Shown here: piece by piece, positions 24,779 through 39,700 of the stretch
How positions within the stretch are numbered: position 1 is the first letter of the stretch
Layout of the letters: each line of letters starts with the position of its first letter
Source: Lingula anatina
Lineage: Eukaryota; Animalia; Brachiopoda
NCBI GenBank assembly: GCA_051362555.1
Contig: CM120641.1
Span: 1,178,001-1,242,000 of the forward strand
Direction of reading: 5' to 3'
Length of the DNA stretch: 64,000 nt
Position numbers and translations under genes: made by a program
Notes under the pieces: model-generated
Databases searched by the model: none
What the model saw: only the letters and a program-made list of their open reading frames with translations
What the model was told of the DNA's origin: nothing

Positions 24779-27700
24779 CTGGAAGAAATCAAAATAAATT
24801 ACTTTGATTATTTTTCTATCAGATTGTTCAAAGTTCCAAGGTCTTGTATTTAGTAACATTTTAATAACCTCAAACTATGCATTCATTTTTTATTTGGATC
24901 CATTTTCAAAAACTGTTACAGATTTTTATTCACATATTTTATGTTGAAAACTTCCTTTCAAATTTAATGGACCTCAACTGAACAGTAAAAACATCTATTT
25001 CCAAGAGACTACAACCTAATAACAGAGATTATGTTGGTAAAGTTTACCCTGTAAATGATGTTCCACTTTTCGTAAACTTCGTAGAATACCAGCAAGCTCT
25101 TGATTGGCTGTTTTCCAGGCCGGGATGTCGCTTTCTGATGGCTGGTTAAGTAGGTCGTCAACTGGAGACGGCGTGCCACGAATTTGATGCCTCTCTCTTT
25201 AAAGTATGCAACACAAGTCCTTACATTATTAATTCTTAACAACATCATGTACAATAAATAAAGCAAGCAATCATGCAAAATACATATCTAGTGAGATTCA
25301 TTGTTCAAAGGCTTCAAAAGTTGTTCACTTTTGCCATTTTTTACTGACAATTGGTACATAAAAGTTGTATTACTCCTTGTAGAATGTGTAATATCATTTA
25401 AAGATATGCAAAAATTTTATTTTATTCTTTACCTTAGCTTAGTCATACTTTTCTCTGTAGATATCTTCAGCTTCTGTGCCAGTTGATGTATGGAAGATAC
25501 TATCAGGCTATCGTAGGACTGAAAATTAAAGAAAGTGAAAACCATTTTATCCTGCCTCTGAGTTTATTCTAGCAGTTGCTGCTGACAGCTGTTACAATTT
25601 AGAGTAATTTATAGTAAAAGTCACAGATGTAAGCCCTGTGTGACATTAGAGGGAAGGTTGAATACATGTATGAAAGTAAGAAAAACATCTTCCTCATGCA
25701 AAGACCCAAGGGGTGGAACATGTAGCAAAATTAACACATAATATAAAGCTAGTGGATGGGAAGACACTTTAAGGAGGCATTAACAATTGCAACGAAAGGC
25801 AGTTGGTGCTTTAAAGTAAAGTAACATTTCTTTATGAAAGCTAAAATATGCACATCAACCATCAAACCCTCAATTTCTTCTTCCTTTCATGTTTTTTCTC
25901 TGAAGTTTCTTATAGCAAAAAAGTTAAACCAAAATGCTAGATACATGACTTGGCGAGCAGTAACCTGATCATCACCATACCAACCTCATTTCTGTCCCAC
26001 TCCCTCCTGCGTATGACACCATCCTCTATCCTGCGAGAGTAAGTGTTTCGCGCCCTATTTTGCGCAGGTGTGAGAGGCGGGGGTGATCTGAGGGGGGAGG
26101 GGGATTTGGTAACTTTTGGCACAGAAAAGGCTGAACGACTCGTGCCCGTGCTAAATATACTGGCAGCCCCGTCCTACAATATCACAAAGAATAGGAAACA
26201 TATACAACACTGGTCTACTACAAGAAAAGCTATGAACAGGGGTATACTTTACAGTAATATACTATTGGGAATACATATATTACTGTAAAAACTTGAAAAT
26301 ATAGTCTTGAAAATTTTTTTTCAGAAGACTATTCTTTGCTGACTATTCTTTGCTGACATAATTTTTTTCACTTACAAAATTTTGTCAAACTTGAAAATGG
26401 GCTTCTGGATAGTTTAGAAAAGTTCTTCAACTAATATGGCCATGTCAGATTTGGGCATTTTCAAATATTAATTACTTTTTAAGTGTGAAATTTTCAAGTT
26501 TTTACCATAACAATAACAGAAATAACCATCAGTTTTCCAAAAATATTAAATGTGACTGTAAGCTTTGCCAAACAAAAATTTACAAAATCAAGTTGATGAA
26601 GTGGTCATAATGTTCCTTTGCCTAAAAGTATATTGAAATAAGTCTTATTATATATAATGTGGGATATTTAAATATAAATGTAACCAATTGTTGTCCATTT
26701 TCTTAAAAATCCATCTATATGATTTGTTCATTTTTGTGGGCTATAACCATTTTACTTGTTTCATGCTTATTATGACAAAAATGATACATTGTACCACAAC
26801 ATATTACGCTTAAATTCATAAGAAATACAACACAAAGCAGCATGCACATTAATAAAGAAAAAAAAAAATACAAAAACACTTGCTTGTTTTCAATCCATTA
26901 AAGATTTACTCAAATGAATTAAGTTTGAAATGAATAATTGTGTTTTATCATGTATGTGTGCACGTGCGTGCATGTGGATGTATGCAAGTACGAGAACTGC
27001 CATCTCATCTCATCTCTGAAATTGCTCTTAGCAGAGTACCACACTTGAGAAACATTAAATGAGATGTTGCTGTTAGAATAAATCATCCAGTGAAGGTATA
27101 CTAACTGGCCGTCCTCACAAGCATGCAGGCATTGTAATAAATAACATGGACACTACTGATAAGCCAACAGAATGAATGGGGTCACAGAATCCTCAAATAG
27201 GCCTAGAGAATAATAAGGTGAGTGTAATGTGTATTCTTTTCTGTCAAATATAATACAAATGACATGATATTTACTCTTCAAATCTTCAACGTCAACGTAA
27301 CCTGCACATTATGAGTATTACCTCAGCAGTGTCCTTGACACTAGTAAACGCGCTCTGGTGATCCTCGTCTTCTGAAAGCCCTCGCGCAAGGTTGCCAAGA
27401 CTACGGGCAATTTCCGTACTGAATTTTGTGATTTCTGCAGATTCTGTCGTGCTTCTTCCAAAATCATCATCATCATCTTCTTGTTCGATGTTACTTGCAA
27501 AATTAGCGTACTCATCCTCCGAATCTTCCACAATTCTTTCTTCAAGATCTTTTGAGGAATTAAAGGAAGATGAGCGAATGAGTTTCTGAGACTTTTTATC
27601 CTCTTTTGCTTTGATCTTTGCTTCAGCAACTGCTTTTCTAGGATCATAAGATTTCCTGCGATTCCATGCGTTGCGCTCGGCAGATTTGGGAGAATTAGAC

Positions 27701-30700
27701 CTACTATTTGGTTGTGATAAACTTCCACTTCCACCAGGCTTTGCTTTAGTCACTTTGGCTGCTACCTGCTTGGTCGCCTCAGCTTGTTTTTGTCTCGAGG
27801 TTACAGTAGATTCACGTAAACTATGCCTACCACCGTCCCTGCGTGAAAATGGTTGCGATGATGTAGGTGTCTGTTTGGCGTTATTTTCTCTACTTTTCTT
27901 TACAATTGCAGCCCCTAAGCTAACCTCACTTCTCCCAGTGGCAGAGCGCGGTCTAGCCTGATTGGTCTTGGCACTACCTGTCTTTGCTGACGTTGCCCTA
28001 GATGAGGCAGCAGAGACTTCAGACCTAGATGTGTCTGATTCAGTTTCTGTCCGTGCTCGTCTGAGCTGAAAGGCTCTGTTAGGCCTGGTAGCAGTGATGG
28101 CTCCTTTCCCTTTGGAAGTCTTCCGTGACAACATGGGACTTTCCTCACTAATGTCAGTACTGGCATCATCAGATCTTGCAGATCTGGACTCAGATTCACT
28201 TAATAAATCAGAAACCACAGAAGCAGCCGGTGGCTCCCCCTTTGGAGGGTTATAAGGTCCTTTCCTCCACAAAGACTGCGTAGGTTTCTGGGAAGGGGGA
28301 GGAGAGGAAGTTTTGACTGGGAATGACTGACGTGAACCACGATATGGACTTGCACCACTGACTGTCTTGCTGCCAGGAGTGTGATGCTCTGTGGCAGATT
28401 TTGAGGCGGGTTGTCTATTAGCACCATTGGAACCGTTGACCATCACATGGGTACTAGAGTCAGAGTCAGACCCTTCATCGGCGGACTGTTTCTGCTGACC
28501 TTTCCTTACTCTGGCTTGCATGGCGGCCATGACATGAGCAGTGTCCCGTAACAGCACCTCTGTGTCAATACTCATTGTACTTTTACTGTCTTCATAGTCG
28601 GGCTGTTGTCGTCTGCCCTTCCTTTCCACGGGAGTTCTCTCGGGGGTAACTCTCCTGCCCTCACTGGCAAATATTTCACTAACTTCGCTACGGCTTGTTT
28701 TCATCCCACCACTGCCACCATTTGCAGTGACCCTCTTCAGTGTTGATGGCTCAGACCTGCTGATGTCCTTGCCATCCCTGGGGGTAGGGCCTGAGATCCT
28801 GGGGCTGGGCTCACCACTGCTGCCCCTGGGGGTGGGTGGAGTGGGCAGCTTACGCCCTGTGCCTATCCGCTTACGAGAGCTTACAGCAGGGGGCTGCTTA
28901 GCTGTTAGGGAATCTGCATCAAATGTATCTGAAACCAAAATTTGAATCTTTTTAAGCATTTAAAGCAAGTAAGGGAGAAAGACAAATTGTCCAACAAAAT
29001 TTAATACAAAATTTCAGAAATAACTACACTATGACAGAAGTTTTTCATGGTCACTACATAGGATAATGATATAGAATTATACTTGACTTAGAGAACAAAT
29101 AAATTGATTTAGCATGTAAGTGAAGAATAATTATATTTAAACTGTAACATAGTTTCTTTATCAAAACAAACTGATATTACACATATTCATCAGAGAACCC
29201 CTGATAAAGTATTCTCCATACCGTCATCTTCTGTCTCCTTGCTGCTGTCCACAGAGTTCCCCTTCCTGGCTGACCATTCCTGCACCCACCTGGGCTTACC
29301 AGAAAACAGCTGAAATCACAATGAGAGGGAGAATTGACTATGAAATATGGGTGATGAAAATCAGTTTACTGCTGTTGATAACTTTGTTGAACTTGACCAT
29401 TTATTATAATACAAGAGAAAATAAGAATGAAGAGCAAAAGAAAATGCAATTCCAAACCTTAAATTGTTACATATTCTATTCAAGTCTTTCATTTGGTAAC
29501 TGTGGTTAACTGCTAGTGTAGTGAGGAGGGGGGGGGGGGGGGGGGGGGGGTCACTGATCATGAAGGTTACTGAAGGCTAACCCTAACTTGACTTCTTCAT
29601 ACAAATTTAAATATACCACAGGGTAAGTTCAATGACACATACATTAATGCACCACACATGACCCTGTGTTGTGGATCAACCACCTGTACAAAGATAAACA
29701 CAGTCTTCATACCACCATAACTTGAGCAGTGCCTGGCTTCATATATTGATTCTGTTATTCTGCTGTAGAAACTATAGCTGCCTAATTCTTTCACACCCAT
29801 ATATAAATATGACCAGTCAACTTATTATTTCGCATCTAATTACTTGATGCATTTCACTAATCTAATGGAAACTGTCATTTGACTTAAATCAACTCTAGGT
29901 AACAGTTTAAATTCATTAATAAACTGCGTAAAATGAAAGCCATAATTAGAGGAATTATGGAAATTAATAGAAAATGGGAACCTGATGTTGGCAATTGATT
30001 TAGATGACAATATGACTGCTAATAGACCATAAATAAAGAGATAAATAACCACCAAAAGCATGAAATTATGACAGCCTTTCTCTTACTTATTGATCATATA
30101 TCCCAATGCAAGCTGCTAGAAAGAATGCCAGGGAATATAGTGGTACATCACAATTTACACTCAGACACTGCATTATGTTTTAGCCAAATCACTTATATGG
30201 ACAAAGAAAAATACACAAATACCACATTAAAATTTTTATCTTAAAAGTGAATTATTTTTCCAGTGGTTGAAAATCACATGCTGGTATAATTATATCTTAT
30301 CTAGTCCTTTACCTCTGATAAAACTTTCAAAAAGTTTCTGATATAGTTAACTAAAAACTCTGATGCCTACTGTATTTTAAGATATTTTTTAAGTACATAA
30401 TCCCAAAAAATCTACCACTTAAAAACGTCGTAAAAGGTTCATCAAACCTAAGCAGCAGATAAAAATGCCAATCTAAAAATCTATACTGGGACAAAGATAA
30501 TTTATTCAAATTAGGTTCAAGGGGACATTTAAGATGTGATCATTTTCAATAATGTTTCACAAAAACAATGGATATGAAAACAAGCACTTAATCAATAACT
30601 GTGTTCTCCACTTGAACTAACAAACAAGGTTAACCACATGGAACTGTACCATCAACTTGGTTCAAAACTCCTTTCTTTTGTATATAAATACTTTTTAGGT

Positions 30701-33700
30701 GATCCTGATCAATTAGTTTTACATGTCCTCATTGACTCATTACAAATTCATAATACATGCTGACTGATTCATCACTATTGATGGGCAACATATATGAAAA
30801 CTAACTTGAAAATTGTTAACAACGAATGGGAAGTTATGTTATGGGTTTAAGCCAGGAAAATTACAAAGATAACAAAAAGATGTCTAGGTTCCTTAAAAAA
30901 ATCAATTAAAACTTTGAAGCATAGCAAATCTCTCCCAAATCTCTACCAGTAGTATGCTTTATCTCCAACACATAATTCCATTTAATGAAAACCAGTGGAT
31001 CAAATGAAAACTGATTCTTTATCATAGTCACAATTCAAAAACAGTTCAGTCAACTCTTGTTTAGTAAACCATCTTTTCAAAACATTACCTCAAGTCAACT
31101 GCAGAAACTTACCTTCTTCAAAAAGTTTGGAGCATCAAAATTCATGATGCCTCCCCACATGAATGCCCCTCCCTAAGCCAGCACAAAACTGCCAAATAAA
31201 CCTATCTTAATACTTTCTTGTCCGTATATATATCATACTATAATCAATAGGCTACGTTCTGCCACTCCACTGCATCTAATACAAGTCAATGCCTTTCTTT
31301 GGCCCAAAACAGAGTACATCAATAACGGAACAAACAGACTTCACTTTCTCAGACACATGTTGCTAGTGGTTCTTTTCCCTCACAGCAATGTTGTATGGAT
31401 TATGTACAGGGTACGTGTGCTAATCTAAGTAATCTTCTCAAACTTTCAGATGTTGCAGTCATTTTGGGGTCAAAGGGAACCAACCAACCGCCTGCAGCGA
31501 GTTCTTATTTGAAGAAATGTGGCAATGTTTAACCATATTGACAAACTGTTCTTTTGTAACCTTTTGTTTATTAAGAGATCTGATAAACCTTGCATTACTG
31601 AAACAAGATGGAACTCTCCATTCCTTGCTTGCAATCTGTGGCATTTGGAGCCCCAAGGCATTGCTATGGTGTTAAGTAGACATTTATTTGTAACATATTT
31701 AATACACTGTGATAAAGTTTAGAACCACATGAGGACCTTACAAAGGATTGTTAAGGTAAAAGAAAAATTCCTTCAATACAGGTTTTTCTCTCTGAGCATC
31801 TGTACCTTTACTGAGAAGTTGTAAGCTAACAATGGTTTTGTGAGCCATGCCCTGGTTATTTGATGACACTTGAAATGCTGATATCTGGACCCAATTCAGA
31901 TAAATACATCATTCTAGTTGGGTCAGTAAAACTCTGCTTGGGATTCTTGCATAGTGCAATCAGTGGAAAAGGCTTAATTGTCTGGCATGCCTCCTCAAGC
32001 AGCTAAGGGGTAATTAACTTTAAACAAGTAGTAGGCCTATCATGCATTTAAGTCATCTGCACTTAGCGTGAGCCCCCCCCCCCCACCCCCACCCACCCAC
32101 CCACCCAGAGTTGAATTGACCCAACCAGTACGATGTGTCTATCTGATTGCTCCCTTTGATTTGTCTAGCCAGCAGTTTATGGCTGACACCTTACCTTGTC
32201 AGTCTGTGCTGTGCTGCCTATCTCCGCCTCCATACTATTGGCCACCCCCAAATTAGCTCTCTCCCGTTCCAATTCTTCAATCTCCTTTTCCAGTGTGTCC
32301 AGATCCTCCACTTGACCTTCACCTTCCTGTCTTTCAAGGTCAAGGCCTTGACATTCATCTTTCTCATTGACCCCATTTTCTATCACAGGTCGTTGTATTA
32401 GTATCACAGAACTGTCTCCCACGTTAAAAACTTTATCAATATTTTCTCTCGAGATAGCCTCTTCCTCTTTGCTCTTTTCGTCTCCCTCTATTGTATATGT
32501 CCCTGCCTCACTCACACTATCTGAATCATTTTTATTGTCATCACCAACAGGAGAATTGGTTTCCATGTCTTGGAGCTGTAAATCATTCTGGTCAAATGAC
32601 TGTGACTTCTTCATTTGTGAGCTGCTGTCCTTGGGGCTCCTCCTGGGTCTGGGTAAAGTGGCCGACCTAGCCTTCCCTTCCTGTGTGTCGTAGGACTGGG
32701 CCTCTTTGTACAGAGCATATTCCGTGGGCTCCTCGGCCCCAGGGTCTCTCCCACCAGGGTCTCTCCCCCTAGGGTCTCTGGCCCCTGGCCTGGAGGTGCT
32801 TTCAAACATTTTCTCAATGAGGAAGGATGAGGATGATGACGACTGACTGGCTGATAGTGCCGCAGAATCTTTGGTCTTGTCTCTGTTACCACTGCCCTGC
32901 TTAGGGCTTCCTTGCACCCCTGGGGACTGTTGCTGGGACTGAGCCGTGGCTTTCTTTGTACTCCCACCTGTGGCCCGACTGGATGGCTTTCTCTCCCCTG
33001 GGGTGCGAGTTTGGCCTGGTGGTTGCTGAGGGGGCTTCTTACCTGAGAAGTAAAGTTACTCTTTTATAATTATGATATCAACAAAATTATTCACATTTAG
33101 GTCTTATTATCATTTACTAGAAGATTATCTTGGATCCAAGGTAAAGTGAAGGCATTTATTTATGGCTGAACTTATTCAATTCATCCCAATTAATTATCCA
33201 GTCATTAATTCTTGAGAAAAGATGTTTAACACAGTTTGTCTTTATGTACAATATTGGCAAATTCATCAATTAGAAGCACATTTTGTCTGAATTGACACTG
33301 CTGTCTCAAACAATGTACATTTATAGTTTGTTTATTGATTGATTGCTCTTTTACAATGAACTTTGTTTGCCAATAACTGCAGCCGTGCACTTAGTCTACC
33401 TAAGTTCAATAGAAAGGAGTCAAGAAGTATTGATGTACATGGTTAACCTGTAAAGGGCAAGCATGCGACAATTTTATGGCATCCCATGTGAGAAATGAAG
33501 GACCATTCCACGCAGTAGTAATTGCAGCTTTATGATTTCAACTATTCTCTAACACCTATGTACTTATTTAAAACAAAAACTTTTAAACAGTTTTATTGTT
33601 GCATGATCCTGTCATAGTGTTTTACATAATTTAGTAAGGTAATGACTCAATCTTTTCAATGGGGGAAAATTGGCAATTTTACAGATAGTGTGCTTTTGAA

Positions 33701-36700
33701 GTTATTGAGTGGTTGCAACAAAATTGAAAAATAGATGACCTTATAGTTCTATTCTATGCTGTACAAAAATTAAATTTTAATGGTTTTAAAATTATGTATC
33801 TGAAAGTTTAATAATTTCTGCCCATCAAAAAGATCGAGTCATTACCATATATCATCAAATCTTGGCCTACCTCTAGTCACAGCAGTATCACTTTTTATGC
33901 TTATCTCTTGCTCGTGGTCACTAGGTTGAGAATGGCCCTCTGATGTGTAACCAGTACTTTGTCGTATAGATTTCGAGTGCTTGCCCTTTTCCATAGGGCT
34001 TCCCCAGAGGTCGTCCAGTTTCTTCTGCCGCGTGGGAGAGATCACTTCCTGCTGAAATATGGAATTCAGACTATTATTTGAAAACTAAAGAAAAAAATCA
34101 TCTTGAATAACCATAATCAACACCTTAGAAACAGCTTGCAAGGGCCTTGTGTTACTGATGACCAAGCCTGATTGTCTTCTTTTTTATTCTTTATCTTAGA
34201 GAACAAAAGGTTGGCTTAGTCTGGCTCTTAAGGTTCTATCTGTCATTTTTATGTAACAAGTTGGACTCCCTCCCCCAACTCACAAAAAGAGAGAAAAAAT
34301 ATTATTATTGGTTTCAGTCCTGCAGTCCTATAGGTTTTTAAATATATGTGCATTAATAAAAACTTACTTCTTTCAGGGTTTGCTCTTTTTCTCTCAGCTC
34401 TTTCTCCCTCTCTTCCTTCTTCTCACGTTTCTCACGCAGACTCCTCCGTACTTTGTGGGGTAGGAACTTACTAAGGCTTTCTGACATGCTTATCTTAGGT
34501 GACTTGGTCTCCTCACTGTCTGAAAACTCCACACTGAATGCCACGGCAGACGATGACGACCTATCCAACTTCTCTTTGTCTGTCACTATCTCTTCTGCGG
34601 AAACTTTTTCAGTTGATGCCATTTTGTCTCTCTCAGGTGGCAAAGATTTTTCAGTTGGTGAGTCTCTTATAGGTATATCCATATAAACATGCTTGTATTT
34701 CTCTGGAGTCTGATACTTTACACCGTTGCTGGCCTTGTTGTTGTTTTGTTCCAGCGGAAGAGAGGCGGGCCTGTCATGATGGCTATTGTTGTCACCTGAA
34801 AGACGCAGAAGAAAATGTACACTTTTAAACATTGTATCAAAATGAAACAGCTTTTCAGAGAGGAAAAGACTGCAAAAAAAAAAAATTTTTAACAAGATGG
34901 AAATGAATCACAATGTAGATCTTTTCAAAACTCCACCATCTCAGCAGTCATGGCCTGTGTCTTTCTCCTGATATGATGGATCACCTGTGAACAAATGGAA
35001 AACTGTACCAAAAGTGGAATTCTCAGTTATTTATAGGATGATCATTTGTTTTACAAAGCTCTCCAATTTTGGGGTGACAGCTTGAAGTTATTGGCTCAAG
35101 TTTACAATTAAAACACATGAGGCTTCTTAGTTACCATCTGGGCATCTAAAGAGGAAAGAGTGGAATAAACTATGCTGCCTAATTATTACACTGGTACTGG
35201 TTGTATTCTGAGTCCATAGATATTGGACCTTGTACCTATGCTTTTTTTCTTTCTTTTTTTCAATGGTGCTATTTGTATCAAGACTATAAAATAATGATAC
35301 ACAGGAACTGTGTTTGAGTCACATGATTAAAGTATGCACAATAAAGCTTTTGTCTCCATACACTGGTATGTCTGTTAAAATACCAAACTTTGTCTTTCTC
35401 TCACACTACCCTACCCTTATTGCCACAGACATATAACATACTGTAGTTTAAATTAAAACATAGTAGATAAATAAATTGCCTTTCGAGGACTATATACTCT
35501 CATTTCAAGCTAAAAAATATACTCATATTATTATTATTATTATTATTATTCAAAACATAACAATAAACATCTTAAGTAAAACATGAAGTGGAATATCAAG
35601 CAGTCATGGATCTAAAATGGATTTCCCTATATTGAACAAAATTACCCATAATAATGATAAATACATACAGGCTGCTAAGTTTTTACTTTTAGCAGACTTT
35701 GAAACCCTATCTCAAAACTAATCAAAGCTGGCATTATAAAATACTAACAACAAGAAATATGACCTGTTAACAAGACTAACAAGATTTACGTTAAAAAACT
35801 CCATTAAATAAATGTATACAGTCAGAGAAAACAATGTTTGCTGCATTTCAGTAAACTGTCTATGCAAACCTGGAGGATATCTATGTCCTCGGCTGTGTAA
35901 ATCAACCACTAACTAGTGCAGCAATGAATTACAACGCTGGTCAAAATATGTCCCCAGACCACTCACTACATCATCATCATAGTCAACAAGCCGTAAAGAT
36001 TGACAGAAATTTGGTCCAGTTCAGCATGGTATTAACATAAAAACTAACACCAGGAAGTGAGTACCCACTACATCATTCTTGATAAGTTGATTTTGGCAGT
36101 CAGCTCAGAGAGGGGGGGGGGAGGGGTAACTTAGGGATAACATAAGTTCCTTAATGTGAGTTTAGCAGTCATTACAGAGAGGGCAGCAGAATAACTGAAG
36201 GCTAACATAGGCTCCAAAATGTCCAAGTATCTACTTCCTCCAATGAGCCTGCCAACACTTTAAGTTAAAATGGTGCTGAACTTAGCCTTAGTCCGCATGG
36301 TGCCCATACATGAGCATGTGCCCTATCTATATGTTAAATGGTGCCCTTTCTGTAGATTACACGTCCTTATGTGCTTCACATACCATTTCCCTGGGCTGTG
36401 CTTGTATCATTTGATATATACCTCTATACGTGGCTAATAATCTTATCAGATAGCTTAGTGCAAATGACAATGAGTTCTAAAGTCCTGTACTTAAAAATGG
36501 TGAAGGTAGATTTTGACAAGAGTGACTTTTTTATTACATTAGCTTGGTCACATATCTGTAGGATATTTGACATATCAATGCAATTTTATTCACTTTTAAC
36601 CACATTTTACCATCTAAAAATATCTAAATCATTTGAAGATTCATAATATTAAGTTACACACAAAATATACCTTACTCAAACCTTGCTCATATAAGAAATG

Positions 36701-39700
36701 TATGTAACTAACTCATATTGTTTGAATTTAAAGAAAATTTTGCATGTTTACGATACTTACTACTTAAACACAAAATCCAAGGACCACTAATATATGTCCA
36801 GTATACTTCACAGTGAAGAGCCCTAACCAGACTAATGGGAAAAATAAAATGTCCAAATTGAAGACATAGCTTGCAATATACGCAGGTGTGCCTGCCTTCA
36901 TCACTAGCAACATGTATAGTTTACAAGCTGTTTACATTTGACATGTTGGTGACAAGCCACTTTCTATGTAGATATGATTTATATGATCATGAAGGTCCAA
37001 GTTTTAAATGAGCCCCTCCCCCCCCCCCCCCACCCCTGGCCATGCCGCTACCCATCATCTTTTACATATTATCCATAATACAGCGACAACTTTTTATGTC
37101 TCGTTACCAAACATTTTTTCATTTGGGAAAATACACATCTCAAATGCTATTCAGCATTAATAAAGGCATGCAGTTTACATATCTCACAATTTTCAATCCA
37201 CTTTTGAATCATACTTTTGCATCACAAAAATTATTAAAAATTTAGATATATCAGGCCTAACCAACTACCAGACTCGGCACCTAAGGATCCTGAATTAACC
37301 GGTATTTCGGACCACACTACCCATTTTCAAGGTGTGCGTCAGATCGCATTTCGGAGTATCAGTCAGAACACCGACAGGATGAGCCTATGCTCGGCTGTCA
37401 CCTTGATTGGATAGTAAACGATTGTCGTATTTAATCGCTATATGATTTTAAAACCGGGTGCATAAATTTGAAAGCCACCTATATGAACCTTAGACTGCCA
37501 CATTAATCCAATACAATGCAAAAAAGCCCTATCAAAAGTGGTTAAAACATTCAAACCGAATGTTGTAAAGTCCCCATATACCCCCAAAGAGACAATGAAA
37601 TAGAGTACTCTAAAGTAAGAGTACAGTTTAAGGTTGTTCAGCCGAGCGTGGATGAGCCCGCAGTCGTCCTACAAAATTTGTTCTGGAGTATGATACTCCG
37701 AAATGCGATCTGACACACACCTTGAAAACAGGTAGTGTGGTCCGATATACCGGTTATTTCAGGATCCTTAGGTGCCGAGTCTGGTAGTTGGTTAGGCCTG
37801 TATATACAATATCATTATAATGATTTCTTCTCTTCTAAAGCTCTCCTCAGATCTACAGTTTAAAATCATTGATAAACTCGTGTTACATGATCTCTGGCAC
37901 CAGGTTGCCCATTGTGTGGAGCCTAATCACACGGAAGAAACAACACCTTACATACTGCCCCACTGTGTGCAGACCCCATGGTTCAACACACTCCACATAC
38001 TACCACACCACCCCTTAAACTAACAAAAATTACTACATATTAAGCCGCAGCTCTGATGTGTTCATTATATCAATACTACAAGTGTCTTGCCTGATATGTC
38101 AACCATGTCACATATAAATATTATGCTAAGCTTATAAAAAAAAACTTTTGCTAACAAGTAGTAATTGGGTAAGTGATATTCCCCATCATACCACAGAGAA
38201 TTTAATCTATATTATATTCTACACAGATAAATATGTTCTTTATACCCCCCCAGGCACTGTGCAATATTCTTTATCATAACAATGACAGTGACTAATACTC
38301 ACAGTATCAAATAATATTTCTGTTCACTCAATGCTTCATCAATTCCTCTTGATAATATTACTTTTAGATCATGCATTTAATTTCTGTTTCGCATATTAAA
38401 CATACACACAAACACACATTATACATCACAGCATGATAGACCAATAACATTTTATTTCATAATCCCTGCACATGTAAAATCACCCCCCCCCCCCCCCATT
38501 TAAAAACTTTAATTTATGTCTTCTTCACAGGACAAAATGATGACATACCTGACACTTTGTCTTATTTTCTATCATCTACTTGTGATACAGATCTACTTTT
38601 AAATCACCTGTCTGTCAGATAGTAGAGATATACCACTCCTCTGCCATACATGCTGATATCTAGACCAGATATTGCCTTTGATGAACTCTCACCATGTCAC
38701 CATGTATAGGGGAAACATGTACCTCTACTCCTCCTCTCCCTAATCATCATAAGCCCCCCCTCCGACATCATCATCATAATTCTCCCCACTCCCCCTCATC
38801 ATAAGTCCCCCCACTCCCCCTCATCATCATAAGCCCCTCCCACTCCCCCTCCTTATCATAACCCCCCCACCCCACCCCCATTCTCGCTCATCATCCGGAG
38901 GAGTGTGCTAAATTTTACTGTGTCAACTAACACCTAAATTAGTCTAACTGATGGCATTATACAAGGCTAGTTAGTAGCTGTTATGTCATATGGTTTCTTG
39001 ACAGTTATAATATGTACCTGTTTTAGATAAATTATTGTTCTGAACATGTCCTTAGATACTCTGATTTATGCCCTAACATCAGTGAGAACAAAACCACTGT
39101 CATGCTTCCCATGTTTTAGTAAAGGGTGACCCCCTCCTTAAAGATGCATGTTATTATGTCCAAGATGTCAAAGACCTTGTAACTTCATTCATATTATCAT
39201 CTCCAAGATGTCACAGACTTCATCACTTTGTGCATTTTAAAATGCCCTTATTTCCCTCTAATATATGGGAATGGAGGCAGAACCTTGGTGACAATCATCT
39301 GAGATAACATAACAAATGGCTGACAGCACTGGGTGACATCATACAAGACTAGGAAGTGTGCGAGAATCCACATGAGAAGGGGTTAACATTTTGGCGATAA
39401 GGGTGAAGCTGTATGTGCCAGCAATGTCATCTGAGAGAGCAATACAGGTGACATGCTAAATTGTGGTGAATTTGTGATATTCTGCAATAGACTAATTCTG
39501 CAATACTTAGGAGACAACATCCTGGAAAATATCTCTAGAAAATCTCCAATGAATTTTTTTATTTTTTGCTGCACCACACTTGCTGGTCTGCCGTAACTTT
39601 CTTCCAAATCTTGAAAAATCTCCCTCGATTTTATGCTAAGTTGCCAGACTTTGGGTTATTAAGATGATCTCCATTGAATCATTAAGGGCCCTGACAATTT

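Noticed and set aside
27392-28945. Plus-strand ORFs overlapping the large CEP170 exon (similarly 32367-32693 and 34453-34686)
   Set aside because: Antisense shadows of real coding exons.
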